Shown here: positions 24,265 through 37,990 of the stretch, piece by piece
Layout: the number at the start of each line of letters is the position of its first letter
How positions within the stretch are numbered: position 1 is the first letter of the stretch
Assembly: GCA_951406725.2 (NCBI GenBank)
Contig: OX597823.1
Location: forward strand, 66,836,001-66,900,000
From: Octopus vulgaris
Taxonomy: Eukaryota
Direction: 5' to 3'
DNA: 64,000 nt
Made by a program: the position numbers and the translations under genes
The notes under the pieces: generated by a model
Told to the model about the DNA's origin: nothing
What the model saw: only the letters and a program-made list of their open reading frames with translations
Database searches by the model: none

Positions 24265-25384
24265 TGAGGATGACTTTGCCCTTCATCATTTCGGTGTCAA
24301 TAAAATAAGTACCAGTTTCGCATGGGATCAATGTAATCGACTAACCCTCTTCCCCAAAACTGCTGACCTTCTGCGAAAATTTTAAATCGTTGTCATTATT
24401 ATTGATGTTGTTGTTGTTGTTGTTGTTGTTATTGTTATTATTAATTTAAGGGGACGAGCTGGCAGATTCGTTAGCACGCTGGTTGAAATGCTTAGCGGTA
24501 TTTCGCCCGTCGCTACGTTCTGAGTTCAAATTCCGCCGAGGTCGACTTTACCTTTCATTCATTCGGGGTCAAGAAAATAAGTACTAGTTGAACATTGGGC
24601 TCGATGTAATTGACTTATCCCTCCCCGCAGATTGCAACCCCCGAGGAAAAATTTGAAACCATTACTATTATCATTATTGGTGGTGGTGGTGGTGGTAGTA
24701 GTAGTAGTAGGTCATTGTAGCTTTGTCACATGTGAGTTCTTCCATGTTTCACCCAGAGACTTCTAGTAATAACAAGTTGAGCGTTTTACTATGGGTTGTA
24801 CTTATTATTACCAATGATATAGTGTATATGAAAGAGGCCAGGATCTCAGAACCAAGCTGCTGTTAAATTTGTAATATTTCAATTTCGATATAACTTTAAG
24901 AGAATCCAATAATTTCTAGTTGACAATATTTTAATTAGAATTCGGGCAGTACTCACAGTCCTAATGTGTTGCAATTTCCTGGTATTTGTCCATTGTCTTA
25001 AAGAGCGCCTTTTGGTATTGTCTCCAACACTCCGACAATTATTATTATTGTTATTGTCATTATTATTATAATTAAGGCGGCGAGCTGGCAGAAACGCTAG
25101 CACGACGAGCGAAAGGCGTAGCCGTATTTCGTCCGGCGTTACGTTCTGAGTACAAATTCCGCCGAGGTCGACTTTACCTTTCATCCATTCGGGGTCGATA
25201 AATTAAGTACCAGTTACGCACTGGGGTCGATATAATCGACTTAATCCGTTTGTCTATCCTTGTTTGTCCCCTCTGTGTGGAGCCACTTGTGGGCATTAAA
25301 GAAATAGATATTTCGTCTGGCTGCACGTTCTGAGTTCAAATTCCGCCGAGGCTGACCTTGCCTTTCATCCTTCGTGATCGATAA

Positions 25385-25385
<1 letters not shown>

Positions 25386-25471
<86 letters not shown>

Positions 25472-25603
25472 GGTGGTGGTGGTGGTGGTGGTGGTGGTGG
25501 TGGTGGTGGTGGTGGTGGTGGTGGTGGTGGTGGTGGTGGTGGTGGTGGTGGTGATGGTGGTGGTGGTGGTGGTGGTGGTGGTGGTGGCGGCGGCGGCGGC
25601 GGC
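25386..25603. repeat. Compound trinucleotide array (ATT)n(GTT)n(GGT)n(GGC)n
   Basis: Direct reading. Confidence 0.95.
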
Positions 25604-25973
25604 ATCGTTGTGAGCTGACTCAAACGTTAGCATGCTGGACAAAATATTCAATCGCATTCCTTTTGGCTTTATGTTCTGAGGTCAAACTCCGCCCAGGTTG
25701 ATTTTGCCTTTCATATTTTCGGGGTCAACAAAATAAGCACAAGTGGACACTTGCACTTAGATCAATGTAATGGTGTATCTCTCACCAAAAATAATTAGCA
25801 AAGGTGATTAATGTTATTATTCATGAGAGCAGGTGTATCGAGACGAACGAAAATATCATTAAAAGTTGATGAACATGTCGCCGAGATAGAATTCTAATTC
25901 TGAAATGATATATAGATCATATTTCCTTGAACTCAAACAGCTAATTGATTAATAAAGTCTACTATTTTAATGA

Positions 25974-26283
25974 AGTGGAGGAACATTGCCTGTGGTTAGA
26001 GCAGCGGATTCGCGGTCGAGAGAACGCGGGTTCGAATCTCAGACGGGGTGATGTATGTGTTTTTGAGCGAAACACCTAAGCTCCACGCGGCTCCGGCAGA
26101 AAGTAATGGCGAACTTCTGGTGACTCTTTCGCCATCACTTTCTCTCACTCTTTCCTCCTGCGTCTTGCAGCTCACCTGCGACGGACCGGCGTCTCGTCCA
26201 GGTGGGGAAGCTATACGCCAAGTAAACCGGGAAACTGGCCCTATGCTCCACAAGGGGAAAAAGAAAGAAGAAGAAGAAGAAGA
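25974..26283 (+). mobile_element. tRNA-derived SINE family C (Meta-domain-like), (GAA)n tail
   Basis: B box GGTTCGAATCT; central cctgcgacggaccggcgtctcgtccagg...aaaccgggaaactggccc; (gaa)n tail. Confidence 0.8.
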
Positions 26284-26628
26284 CTATTTTAATGAGAGTA
26301 TATGTGTGCATGTACATGTGTAGATCATCAAAAGACTCTGAAATGCCCACCCTTGGGAAAACGGATTTGATTTTCGAAATCTTCGTCCCAAATAAATGGT
26401 TGCCGGTAAATAGTAATAAAAAGAGATAATTTGATAGACAAATAACTCAACTTTCAGATCGCTAAATCTCCTTCTCTGTATCTGCCTCTCTCACTCTCCC
26501 CCTTCCTATCTCTCTATCTCCCTGTCTTTTACGCTTTTCTCCTCTCTAGATATATTTACTATAATTTCTATCACTCTTTCTCTGTATATGTATATCTCTC
26601 GCGCCTCTCTCTCTTGAAGTGGCATATA

Positions 26629-27059
26629 ATTACTCTTACTCTCTCTTTGACTTGTTTCAGTCGTCTGACTGCGACCTTGCTGGAGCACCGCTTTTAGTCG
26701 AGCAAATCGACCATATGACTTATTCTTTGGAAACCTAGTACTTATTCTATCGGTCTCTCTTGCCGAACCTCTAAGTTATGGGTACGTAAACGCACCACCA
26801 TCTGTCGTAAAGCGATAGTGGGGAGGGGGACAAACACAGACGTACAAACATATACAAACATACATATATATGTGTATATACAAATATACATATATACGAC
26901 GGGCCTCTTTCAGTTTCCGTCTACCAAATCCACTGACAAGGCTTTGGTCGGCCCGAGGCTATAGTAGAAGACACTTGCCCAAGAAGCCACGCAGTGGGAC
27001 TGAACCCAGAACCATGTGGTTGATAAGCAAGCACTTACCTCTCAGCCACTCCTGTGCCT
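26629..27059 (-). mobile_element. SINE family A, full length
   Basis: Colinear with 6879-7435; possible TSD taatt. Confidence 0.9.
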
Positions 27060-27584
27060 AATTGTTTACATTTTGTTTGAAACTTCATCGTTGTAATTTT
27101 TTTTATTTACATTTTGTGATAGAGTATCACGCAGAAAACAACAGTATTCAATCTTATTTTCTGATTAAGTAAAAATTATCAAACTTTAAATCTTTGTAAC
27201 CTTTTTCGAAAGATTTCTGAGATAAATGAATCCCAAAATCCGACGCAGCGTAAAAGATTACATCAATATACCAAATTTGAAAATTTTCACTACATTTTAA
27301 AATTTCTCTAACTGTAACAGTTACGGAAAGGATTACCTCTCCCCCAACTCTCTCTCTATCTATTCGTCTCTCCCTCTCTCTATCTATCTAGCTAACTGGC
27401 TATCTGTATATCTCTCTCTCTATTTCTCTCTCTCTCTCTCTCTCTTTTCTCTTTTCTCGTTGTAAATTTGCCCCTTTCTATATATATATATATATATATA
27501 TATTTACCACACTCCCTCTTGCTTTTTCTCTGTATGTATATCACTCAGATTGATTGTATATATTTCTATTTCTATGCGTGTGTG

Positions 27585-27650
<66 letters not shown>

Positions 27651-30600
27651 TACATATATGTATATGTGTGTGCGAGTATGTGTGTGAGTGTATGTGTGTG
27701 AGTGTTTATGTGTGTGTCTGTGCGCGTGTGTCACTACGTGTGCATGCGTATGCGTAAAGAATTTCATTAGGGCGACAGAGTCAAAAGACCCTTACAAAAC
27801 ATTAACGGTGAATTCAGAAGACAGCCGAACAGCAGAGGCGATATCCCACTCACAGGAGACGATATCCCATTTTAATTCAAATGACTTTTCAATTCCCAGT
27901 GAGAATTTTATTTTGCCGTGCCCAATAGTAAATCACAAGAGCAAACATTTTCGGTAGCCGATTTACACCTTGAAGAGACCTGTTTCGACTATGGTTAGCC
28001 TTATGTTGGATATTCAACAGTAGGTATTAAGACAAATATTTATATCCATACATCAAATGGTAAAACGAAAAGATAATCTATCCTGATCAAGAGACGTATC
28101 CATCTAGGAAGACACAGTGTGGCACTGAGTAAAATATAATTTTAAATAAGGGCATTATACTCTGATTTAATGCCAGAAAGGACGAGCTACTAAGTATACA
28201 AAAAAGTATGGCTTTATCTTGATATTGAAATTTTAGCACCATCTGAGAATAATACGGTAACACACATATAAAAACGCACCTGTCTATAAGTATATATTTG
28301 TTATCTGCATGAGTGTAATTTGTGTGTATATATATGTGTGTGTGTAAATGTGTATTTATATACGTATGTGATGTGGATGTATGTACGTATACACACACAC
28401 ACACATATATATAAATATATATATATATATACACGCGCGCAGAGACATACACTCATATATCCATATGTGTGGATGCTATGTATGTGCGTGTTCGTTTGTG
28501 TGTATATGTAGTCGAGAATATGTACATTATAGAAAGAGTAAGTAGGTAAAGGAGTGGACAGAAAGACAGAGAGTTGCGTGTCGACAATTAACTTTTCACA
28601 TTATATCTATAATATTAATCTATTGAAAACAGCTGCAGCTAACTTAACCGATAGCTCTATTATCATCTTCAACAAACCAAACACCACATTGACAAAGCAC
28701 ATTTAAATAAACAGCAAGTATCGAGAACAGGAATCACAATTACAATGGCAACACTACAGAAAAAAAAATCATAGGTTCACTAACGCACCACTATGCTCTA
28801 ATAGCATTGTTTTGCTGAGAAACGTATTGCGCCAAAACAGTATTGCTCTAATTTATTGACAAGTGTGTTGATAGTTCGCATCTTCTCGTCTGCACTTTTA
28901 TGTACAGAAGAGATAGTTACACTGATGTAATAAAAGCAGTGAGTGTTGAAATTATAATTAGAGATACGTTTGCAGCCGAAAAAGAGACAAGAATATTTCA
29001 ATATATAAAACTAGTACAATTATTTAAGCATGGTGGCTGGGGAGGAATTTAGGGCATGTTTTGATATAATTAATCATTTCAGTGAAGTATACACCGATTG
29101 TTATTATCAAGATAAATGTAAGAGAATTCCTAATACATACACGATATTTTACACCTGCACATAAAATTTAGCATAGTGTATTGAACAGAAATAAAATTCA
29201 AAGACGCCATGAACATGAAAAACAATTGTGAAGTTAGTAATCAATAGCTAATTCTACTTAGTTGTTCACTTTATCATCCATCTTAGTCTGGGTTTTTTTT
29301 TCTACGCTCACGGTTCTTATGAAGTTCAAAGATGAAGGGGATGTAAACAACCTATAAATGAAAGCCGAATTCAAAATCTCGTATAAATTAAAAACCTCAT
29401 CAGTCTAACATCTTAGCTGAAGGTGATATGATATTCGATTACTTATTTAAAAGGTATCAAGCTAAAGTTGTTTTTATTCACTCCTCTGTTTTATGTCGTC
29501 ACGGACGAAAGATAACAACAAAACAAAACTATAGTTTCTGGAGTTTTATATATATATATATATAACTGTGTACATGGGAAGGATATTGTATTGTTGGCTT
29601 CGCAGAAGGTAATTGAATATAAAGATTGGTGACTATTGAAGATGATCTGGGCTGTACGATGACTGGAGTGAAAGAAGAGGGGAGAAAAACAGTTGGTGTT
29701 AAATGGCAGCAGGAGGCAAGGAATAAGAGGGTAAATGAGTGTAGAACTATAAACAGGAATTGGATGGCAAAAAGAATTTAGTTCGAATATTCTAAAATTC
29801 AGTCTGAGCAATGTCAAATGGAAGGGGGATGTGAGAAATGAAGAATCTAGTAATAAAATATAAATTTGAGCACAGGACAAAAACAAAGTTCCAGATTTAG
29901 TGTAAAAAAATAAGATTGAAGTTGAATTACATAGGATTTTCTCTATTTTTATGGAACATAGTGCAAATCAAAAGAAGATAGAGAAGGCTGCCTGTTTTAT
30001 ATATTGGTCTTTTCATGTTACAATCTAAATCAAACACGAAAAGTATATTCTTAAATCTTGCGAGACATTAAAAATCACTTCACTACAGTATGTACGTTAA
30101 ATATTCTGCTTTTAGAATGCAACCTCAAGTTCCAGTCCGTGTTTCCGAAAAGGTCAATCGTATGCACGCGTGTGTGTATTTGCATGTGGGTTTAATTTAA
30201 AACCTGATAATCCTGATATTCTAATCTTGACCGGGTCACCCAATATATGCTGACCACATATAATTACCGTGTTTCATTCGAGGAAATCAAATATGCAATA
30301 GGCAAATTATGGAACCATACAGCATCCCAGTGATACAGAGACAGTATCAACCTCACTGATGTCAATAAACAACTAAAAGTTGTCTCTCTCTTTACTGATA
30401 AACCTTAAAAGAGTGCATGCGTCTTCATGCTATGAGAGGTTGCCTGTGGTATTGAAATCAATAAGTTGTGGTAAAAGACTACCTGAATTAAATCTGAATT
30501 CATGAAGAGCGAAATATTCATAGCTCTGGTTAAAATCAAACAAAGCAATTCTGTATTTATATTGAGCACTCACACACACAAACAAAGTCTAGAAAGTAAC

Positions 30601-31657
30601 TATCAAATAGATACGTTAAATCATTATGTGTGTTTGTGAATGTATGTGTGTGAGTGTTTGTGAGTGAGTGAGTGAGTGTGTGAGTACATAGATTTTGCGA
30701 ATGTTACTTTCTAACCGACTATATAGATGTTTGTGCATATTTTGGCATTTTTCATCATATGCATAATATTTAGAGAAATATAATCAAACTACATAATTCC
30801 ATTCACGCTCTAACGAAAGCTTAAAATGAAAAAGAATACACAGATAATGTATTTGAAATACCAGCAGATGCGGTCTGTATTTGATATCGCGCAAACGTTT
30901 TCGTAACCACCTCGAGCTGTTTCGTTGTAATTCTAATGACAAAGAAAAAAATATATTTTATAGATTTTGATCCAACTAGCAACTAGCATTAACTATTAAA
31001 ACTTGTAATAAACTTAACTAATCTACATCATTTTCTCTAAGGATTCATATTTCTTTCATCCGCTTAATGCTTACGTAACGACGTTGAGTAACAAGATTTA
31101 TGAAATGAAATGATTAACACTATGAAATATTACGAAAAGAACGTAATCCGCAAGTCTCTCTGAATTCGCAAATATTTTCAAGCACATATTAGATTCTAAA
31201 TACATGAAAGTGATAATTTACAAGTAACCATTATTGTAATCTGGCAAGGAAAACGATGAATCTCCTTTGGGGTTTATAGAACCAACAGTATACATTAAAA
31301 GATTGATAAGAAAGTGGAAGGGATTAGTAATATGTGATTTGTTTTAATAGCAAAACACAGATTTCGATGCGTTGCCACTTTGTCACAGATTTGCAAGGGA
31401 GTTTGCTGCTATACTTTTGTAAAGAAATATGTTGAAATACAGCCGACAGAGATTGAATATGAAATATGCATATAGACTGCGTCAACGTAATATAATAGGC
31501 ATTGTGATTGATGCATTAACATTTCGGTTAATGTCACATAAAAAGAAGGATGTACTATGTCATAGGGATAGGTTGTTCAGGCAAAATTTGAAGCGTGTGT
31601 GTTATGAAACTTTAATACTTTTAATGGTGATGGTCATATTGTTGGTAATTTCTTATA

Positions 31658-32245
31658 TTTCTTTTACTTGTTTCAGTCATTTCACTGCGGCCATGCTGGA
31701 GACCACCTTTAGTCGAACAAATCGATCCAGGTTTTATTCTTTGTAAACTTAGTACTTATCATATTGGGCTCTTGTGTCAAACCACTAAGTTGCAGGGACG
31801 TAAACATGCCAACATCGGTTGTCAAGCGATGATGGAGGACAAACACAGACCCACAAATACATTCCATTCAAAGGTGGTGCTCCAGCATGGCCGCAGTCAA
31901 ATGACAGAAACAAATAAAAGAGGAAAAGTGTATGCATACATACACACACACACACACATATATATAAATATATACGGTGGAGGCGCAATGGCCAAGTGGT
32001 AACGGCAGCGGATTCGTGGTCGTAGGATCGCGGTTTTGATTCACAGACCGGGCGTTGTGAGTGTTTAATGAGCGAAAACACAATAAACTCCGCGAGGCTT
32101 CTTTCAGTATCTGTCTACAAAATCCACGCACAAAGCTTTGATCGGCCAGAGGCTTTAATAGAAGAGATTTGCCCAAAGTTCCACACAACAGGACTGAACC
32201 CAGAACCATGTGGTTGGGAAGCAAGCTTTTTACCACACAGCTACT
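31658..32245. mobile_element. SINE patchwork: family A tail (-), family A tail (+), family C head (+), family A head (-)
   Basis: Segments 31658-31860, 31866-31925, 31976-32095 and 32096-32245 match the respective family sequences. Confidence 0.8.
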
Positions 32246-32289
32246 GCAGTAAGACTATAAAAAAACTGAAGATATCGGGATACACGGCA

Positions 32290-32397
32290 TACGAGGTGCA
32301 TTTAAAAAATATCCGACTTTATTTTTTCCCACCAAAACTAATGCCTCGTGGGCAAAATCCATTGGCAAAGAAGTGACACCTTGTTTCCTGAGTGTAA
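32290..32397 (+). mobile_element. Possible mariner terminal fragment
   Basis: TA-cgaggtgcatttaaaaaatatccgac resembles mariner TIR starts; no coding sequence seen. Confidence 0.4.
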
Positions 32398-32412
32398 TAT
32401 ATATATATATAT

Positions 32413-32445
32413 AACGTTTCGGATTCATTCCTTCTTCAGGGAGCA
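32413..32445 (-). ncRNA. Hammerhead motif truncated in stem III by (TA)n (HHR5)
   Basis: Minus strand: ctcc-CTGAAGA-a-gga(atgaa)tcc-GAAA-cgt-(ta)n. Confidence 0.55.
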
Positions 32446-32483
32446 AGTTTCGTCAGGGCACACACACACACACACACACACAC

Positions 32484-32539
<56 letters not shown>

Positions 32540-32916
32540 TGTACTGTTCCGTGATGGTGACATCAACAAAAAAAGTATTTAATCTGGTGAGAGATAGAGA
32601 TTATTTAATGAACAGAATATAAGTTTTTATGTCTTTCTATTAGTCTCATGCGAGGCAATTACTTTTTTTATCTTGTTATGCTATGTGGGCAGTGCTTCAA
32701 GATTGGTCTGAGATACCATACGTGTTAAAACTTACCGTCTGGCATGCTTTCCTCTCATGAAACTAATAATAACACATAAAAACATATTGTATTCTATTAA
32801 ATAATACAAAATGCATGTTTGTTTGTATGTGTGCGTGTGTGTGTAAGTGCCTGTGTACATATATATGTGTGTGCGTGTGTGTATACGTATATATATATGT
32901 GTGTGTATGTGTGTAT

Positions 32917-32964
<48 letters not shown>

Positions 32965-32968
<4 letters not shown>

Positions 32969-33272
32969 TTTTATTCTTTCACTTGTTTCAGTCATAAGAC
33001 TGCGGCCATGCTGGAGCACCGCTTTTAGTCGATCACATCGACCCCAGAATTTATTCTTTGTAGGTCTAGTAATTATTCTATCGGAACCGCTAAGTTACGG
33101 TGAAGTAAACACACCACCATCTGTCGTCAAGAGATGGTGGGGCGGGGGGCAAACACAGACGCACAAACACACACACACGCACATATCTATACATATATAT
33201 ATGCGACGGGCTTCTTTCAGTTTCCGTCTACCAGATCCAATCACAAGCTACTTACCATACAGACACAGTCAC
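32965..33272 (-). mobile_element. SINE family A with internal deletions
   Basis: Colinear with 6879-7435 but lacks part of the head. Confidence 0.85.
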
Positions 33273-33278
33273 GTCCTC

Positions 33279-33353
<75 letters not shown>

Positions 33354-33687
33354 GATCTGACAAGATGAAGGTATTTAAATACCAAAGATATGTAGGTGAA
33401 GTCGGGGATACCGCATTTGTGCACTAACAATTTGTGTTGATGCTCACGTACTTACTAAAGTAAATACGGATTTGTCCCTCTATTCCCGCATACATTCACA
33501 TGTTTTGACCAAATACATAACGTATACGTAAAGTCACATATACATATAGTCCTTCAGGTTAGTGTCTGAAGTGTTTTTGTGATCCTAAAATCGTGAGTTC
33601 CTTGTGAAATTCCTAGAGCAAGGTGTTTAATTCCGAATTACTTCAAAGTACTCAGATGAAAAGAAGTACAGACTGATTGTTAAAGCA

Positions 33688-33777
33688 GCTCTCTCTCTCT
33701 TTCTCGTTTCCCCTTTCTCTGTCGTCCTTTCTCTCTCTGTCTCTCTCTCTCTCTCTCGTTTCCCCTTTCTCTGCCAT

Positions 33778-33837
<60 letters not shown>

Positions 33838-33843
33838 CCTCTC
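33688..33843. repeat. (CT)n polypyrimidine tract
   Basis: Direct reading. Confidence 0.9.
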
Positions 33844-36144
33844 AATATCCATCTTTCCTGCTCTACAACTTTGATGTTCCACTAAATCAGGGGCCGAGAA
33901 GTTACCTGCATCTGCTTTAAGACACCTACACTTACAGCGAATACGTGATGCAAGCTACCAGCTCATACTCAAATGCAAGTGATGGCTAAGTATACCCTAA
34001 CTTGCAGACATATTCTATGCGCTGACTACTATAAAAATTATTACTTTTCCGAGTTGATTGCCTCGTTATATGTATAGTAGATGATTTTTTTTTCAAGATG
34101 TTTTAGCTGTAATCCATTATATCTAGAAAATGGCTGCTGATTTTAATGCTATGTTGGAACCAGCTTCACATTCTGAAGTCAAATGTAATTATTGCAAAGT
34201 TGTATTCATGGAAGCTACATTCGTCCCCATCAAATGACACTGGTTACACAACATTCATCTAATGTGTCGCTTGCCGTCAATCCATCGTCTTTTTAATTTC
34301 TTAATATTGATCTTTAATTACATTGGAAAGGCATACAATACACGAAATATTCTAGAGGATAATATCGATTATAAAGAGATCAATATTTACTTGGTCTTTA
34401 CATTTTTTTTCGTCTCCGAAACGATCTAAGGCAAAGTCGACCACAGACAAATTTGAACGCAAACAGAATTTTATACAACTGAATACCACAGTTAATTTTC
34501 TCTTTTACTCCACCGATCTCTCATTCTCCAGTATTAACCATTATACATTTCTTTCCCAAGCATTTCATCAACGTCGAAGTGGCTTATAATTTTTCTACCA
34601 GGGATATTAGGTTTCTTTATCTACAAGCCCAAATATTTTACAGGGGTAAGGAAATCAATATCACATTTGAGACTGATATTTCATAAATTAGAAAGGCAAT
34701 ATTTTTTTGCTAGATAAACTTTAATAATATTTGAAACGTTTATATTACTTTTTTTTCATAATTAACTTTCCTCCATATTTTTTTCTATTTCGCTTTAGAT
34801 CCTTAGAGGTAATGGCGTTGCTACATAAATTAAATAAGTTGAAAGTAAGTTTTCCTTTTATCGTAAAAAAAAGATAACTGAAACTTTTAATTAACATTCT
34901 AAAACACTAGTGCGAATTATGATATGAACGTAGATTAAATGTGAGTTCAAATATGATTAACTATATGTTATTGAATGATAGTGGACATATAGGATATACA
35001 CAAAATCATATGAACACGTATATGTGTGTTCGCATGTATGTGTATGTATAGTGTTATTTGTGCATATATAAAGCGTTGTGGATGTGTGTGCGTGTAAATA
35101 TGTGTACACTTATTCTTTGAATATGTTTATGATGTACGCGAGTAGAAGTAATTCTAGATATGGACAAGAATAAAAAGCGAAAAAAAAAAAACACACATTT
35201 CCTTCCTAATTTACCTTATACAAATCTGCGTATTAGATATCTAAATTAAGTTATTTTTTACTTCAATTAATTAGCATAGTTAATTAATATTGTTATCACC
35301 ATCAAATATACATAGAGACATTGTGGCTAATATCGTGATTAAATTCTACCCTCTTAACTTTTTGAATACTGCCTATTCATTTTGTAATTTATGTATTATT
35401 TTTAATGCTTCAAAACAGAATTAATTAAAATATGTTTATCTGCAAAAAAAGTTTCTCAGTCAAACTTCATAAGACTGAACTTCATCAAAAAAGTTTAATA
35501 TTAGTTGATTAAAGAAGTATATTTGTTCTTTATTATGTGTTTTCCAATATGTATGAAAAACCACATTTTCTTTTATTAGCTTGTACATTTTTAATATTTA
35601 TTCATCCAGGATTTTGGTGCAAGTAAATGTATACATCAGGCAATGTGTTGACAGTACCGTACAGGAAAAGATGCATTCCAGTATTTAGTCCCTCCTCTTT
35701 ACGCTTAGATTTCAAATCCTGATGTGATGAACATCACATTTCTGTCTTTCTTTGCACGGCTCGATAAAGTACTCTCAAAATCAGAAGCTCAATTTAATCG
35801 ACTAAAACTAGTGTCTCCCAGACATATTGCGAACATGCAAGATGACTGAGAATCCGGAATAAATCTTATCGCCCGAACGGCCAACATGTTCGTATCGGAA
35901 GCAATGACTCCTGGGAATACTAGCTCTGATAGGCAACCACTGTAATTAATGATGCATCTGTTATCGTGCACTGGGAATGATCATCAAGATACGGATAAAG
36001 TGAAATAAAACTCATTTAGAAATGCACACCTTAATTAGATCTGATAGTGACAATTACATCTTTTAGACATAAATGTTTGAGTATGGCATAATTAAAAGTT
36101 AATATCGTACTGTATCTTTGTTGCAATTACTGTTGCTATAACTG

Positions 36145-37990
36145 CAGAGAGCTGGCTTAATCGTTAGCGCGCCGGACAAAACGCTTAGCAGCATTTCGCC
36201 CGTCTATACGTTTTGAGTTCAAATTTCGTCGAGGTAGACTTTGCCGCCTATCCCTTCGGATTCCGATAAAAAAAAAGAGCCCGTTGCGCACTGAAGTCAA
36301 TGTAACTAACTTAAACTCTCTACTACAATTTTAGGCCTCATGCCTTTAGTGCATGTTATGAAATGACAACTAGAACCGTGTGGCCGACGGAACAATTATG
36401 CGATATATATTTCGATTATCATACCTCTGTGTTAAAATTACAGCAAGGCTAATTTTGTCTTCCACCCCTGCAGTAACAATGAAATAAAGTACCATTCATT
36501 CAGGGCTATCAAATTCTCAAAATTACTGAACTCTGTGCCCCCATTAGAACCTATTATACCTGATGTTATACTATTACCAGTTATTACTTTCGCTACTAGT
36601 GCGCTAGTTTGACAGAATAGAGAGTCAAATTAAATGACTTACAGAGTGTTTCTTTACGGTTTTTCTTCCCGCTCGACATTGTGCGTTCAAATTCCGCCGA
36701 GGTCGACTTTGTCGCTCAGCCTTTCCGGGTCGATAAAATAAATACTAGTTGAGCACTCTGGTGTATGTAATCGACTACCACCACCAAAATTTCAAACTCT
36801 GTGACTATAATTGAATGTATTATTCTGAGTTCAACTTTCCAAAACTCGACTTGCCTTTCATTTTTCCAGGATTCATGTAATAAGATACAAATCAATTATT
36901 TCAGTCACTTTAATCGAGGAACCCTCTCTCAGATGTTTCGATTTGTGCCTATGTTCCAAACAATTATTATTTATGATATTGAAAAGAGGGAATCATTGAG
37001 GTATTTATTCTGATTTTGTATGATCTGAGCTTAAATACCACCGAGGCTTACTGACATCCCTTCGGTGCTGAAACAATAAGTATCAGGGAAGCACTGCGTT
37101 CGATACAACCCCGAAATTTAGGGCCTCTCACCTATTGTAGGTAGGATTGTTGCTATTGGAAAGGGAGTTGAATAACAAAATCGTTAATGCGTTAGATAAA
37201 AATTCATTCTGGTATATATTTATGATCTAAGTTCAAATCCTACAGAGGATTATGATGTCTCCCCTAAAATGTCTGGTGTTGTACCTTTAAGAAATACTTC
37301 ATAATATTATTACTAGCATTAATGCAAAATCGGATAAAATGACTTGTGCTATTTCAATTGCCTTCTAGTTACATTTTATTCCAATGACATTCCGTTTGGT
37401 CTTGCATTTCTTTCATTTTGGTTCTATAAAATGAATTCCAGTATTCATTTACTGACAATGTGTCGTCTTATCCATTTATTACAAACCATTAGTGTTCAAA
37501 GAAAAAGCATTTGTAGATAGTTCAGTGAGTCATCTCACTGTTCATTTATTTCTTTTTTCCTATATGGTTCTACATATAAGCTAAATATCCAGTAATTAGA
37601 AATTATTTCTTATGTCGCTTTGAGCATTATATTTAGCTTCGTACTCACACTGTCAATGTTCCAAGCACCTTCAATAATTTTAATTGATTATTGGTGCCTG
37701 TAACTCCGATTTAAACTGCTATCATACGACATCTCGTATATATTATTACTATTTTAGGCAAAGGTAGAGCGACAAGCTAACGGAATCGTTAGCATCGCAG
37801 ACAAAATGCATCGTGGCATTTCTTCCAAATGTACGTTCAGTGTTCAAATTCCACCAAGGTCGATTCTGCCTTTTGTCTTTCGGGGTCGATATAATGAGTA
37901 TCAATTGGTGACTGGTGTTGATGTAATCGACTTCCTCGCACCAAAAATAAAATTTAGATTTTTGTGCCTGTAGTTGAAAGTATTACTTCT
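36145..37990 (+). mobile_element. Cluster of old SINE family B copies in the same orientation
   Basis: Recurring gttcaaattccgccgaggtcgactttg..cctttc..ggtcgataaaa..agtac at ~36215, 36685, 36825, 37030, 37230 and 37840. Confidence 0.8.

Larger units (their letters stand above)
24180..25800 (+). mobile_element. Head-to-tail cluster of tRNA-derived SINE family B (copies ~24180-24395, 24448-24665, 25073-25310, 25310-25385, 25600-25790)
   Basis: Repeated ggcggcgagcTGGCAGAAtcGTTAG...ttctGAGTTCAAATTCcgccgaggtcgactttgcctttcatcc..cggggtcgataaattaagtaccag, separated by (ATT)/(GTT)-type tails. Confidence 0.9.

Noticed and set aside
25975-26050. tRNA gene
   Set aside because: The tRNA-like A/B boxes continue into a SINE body and tail; no complete cloverleaf.
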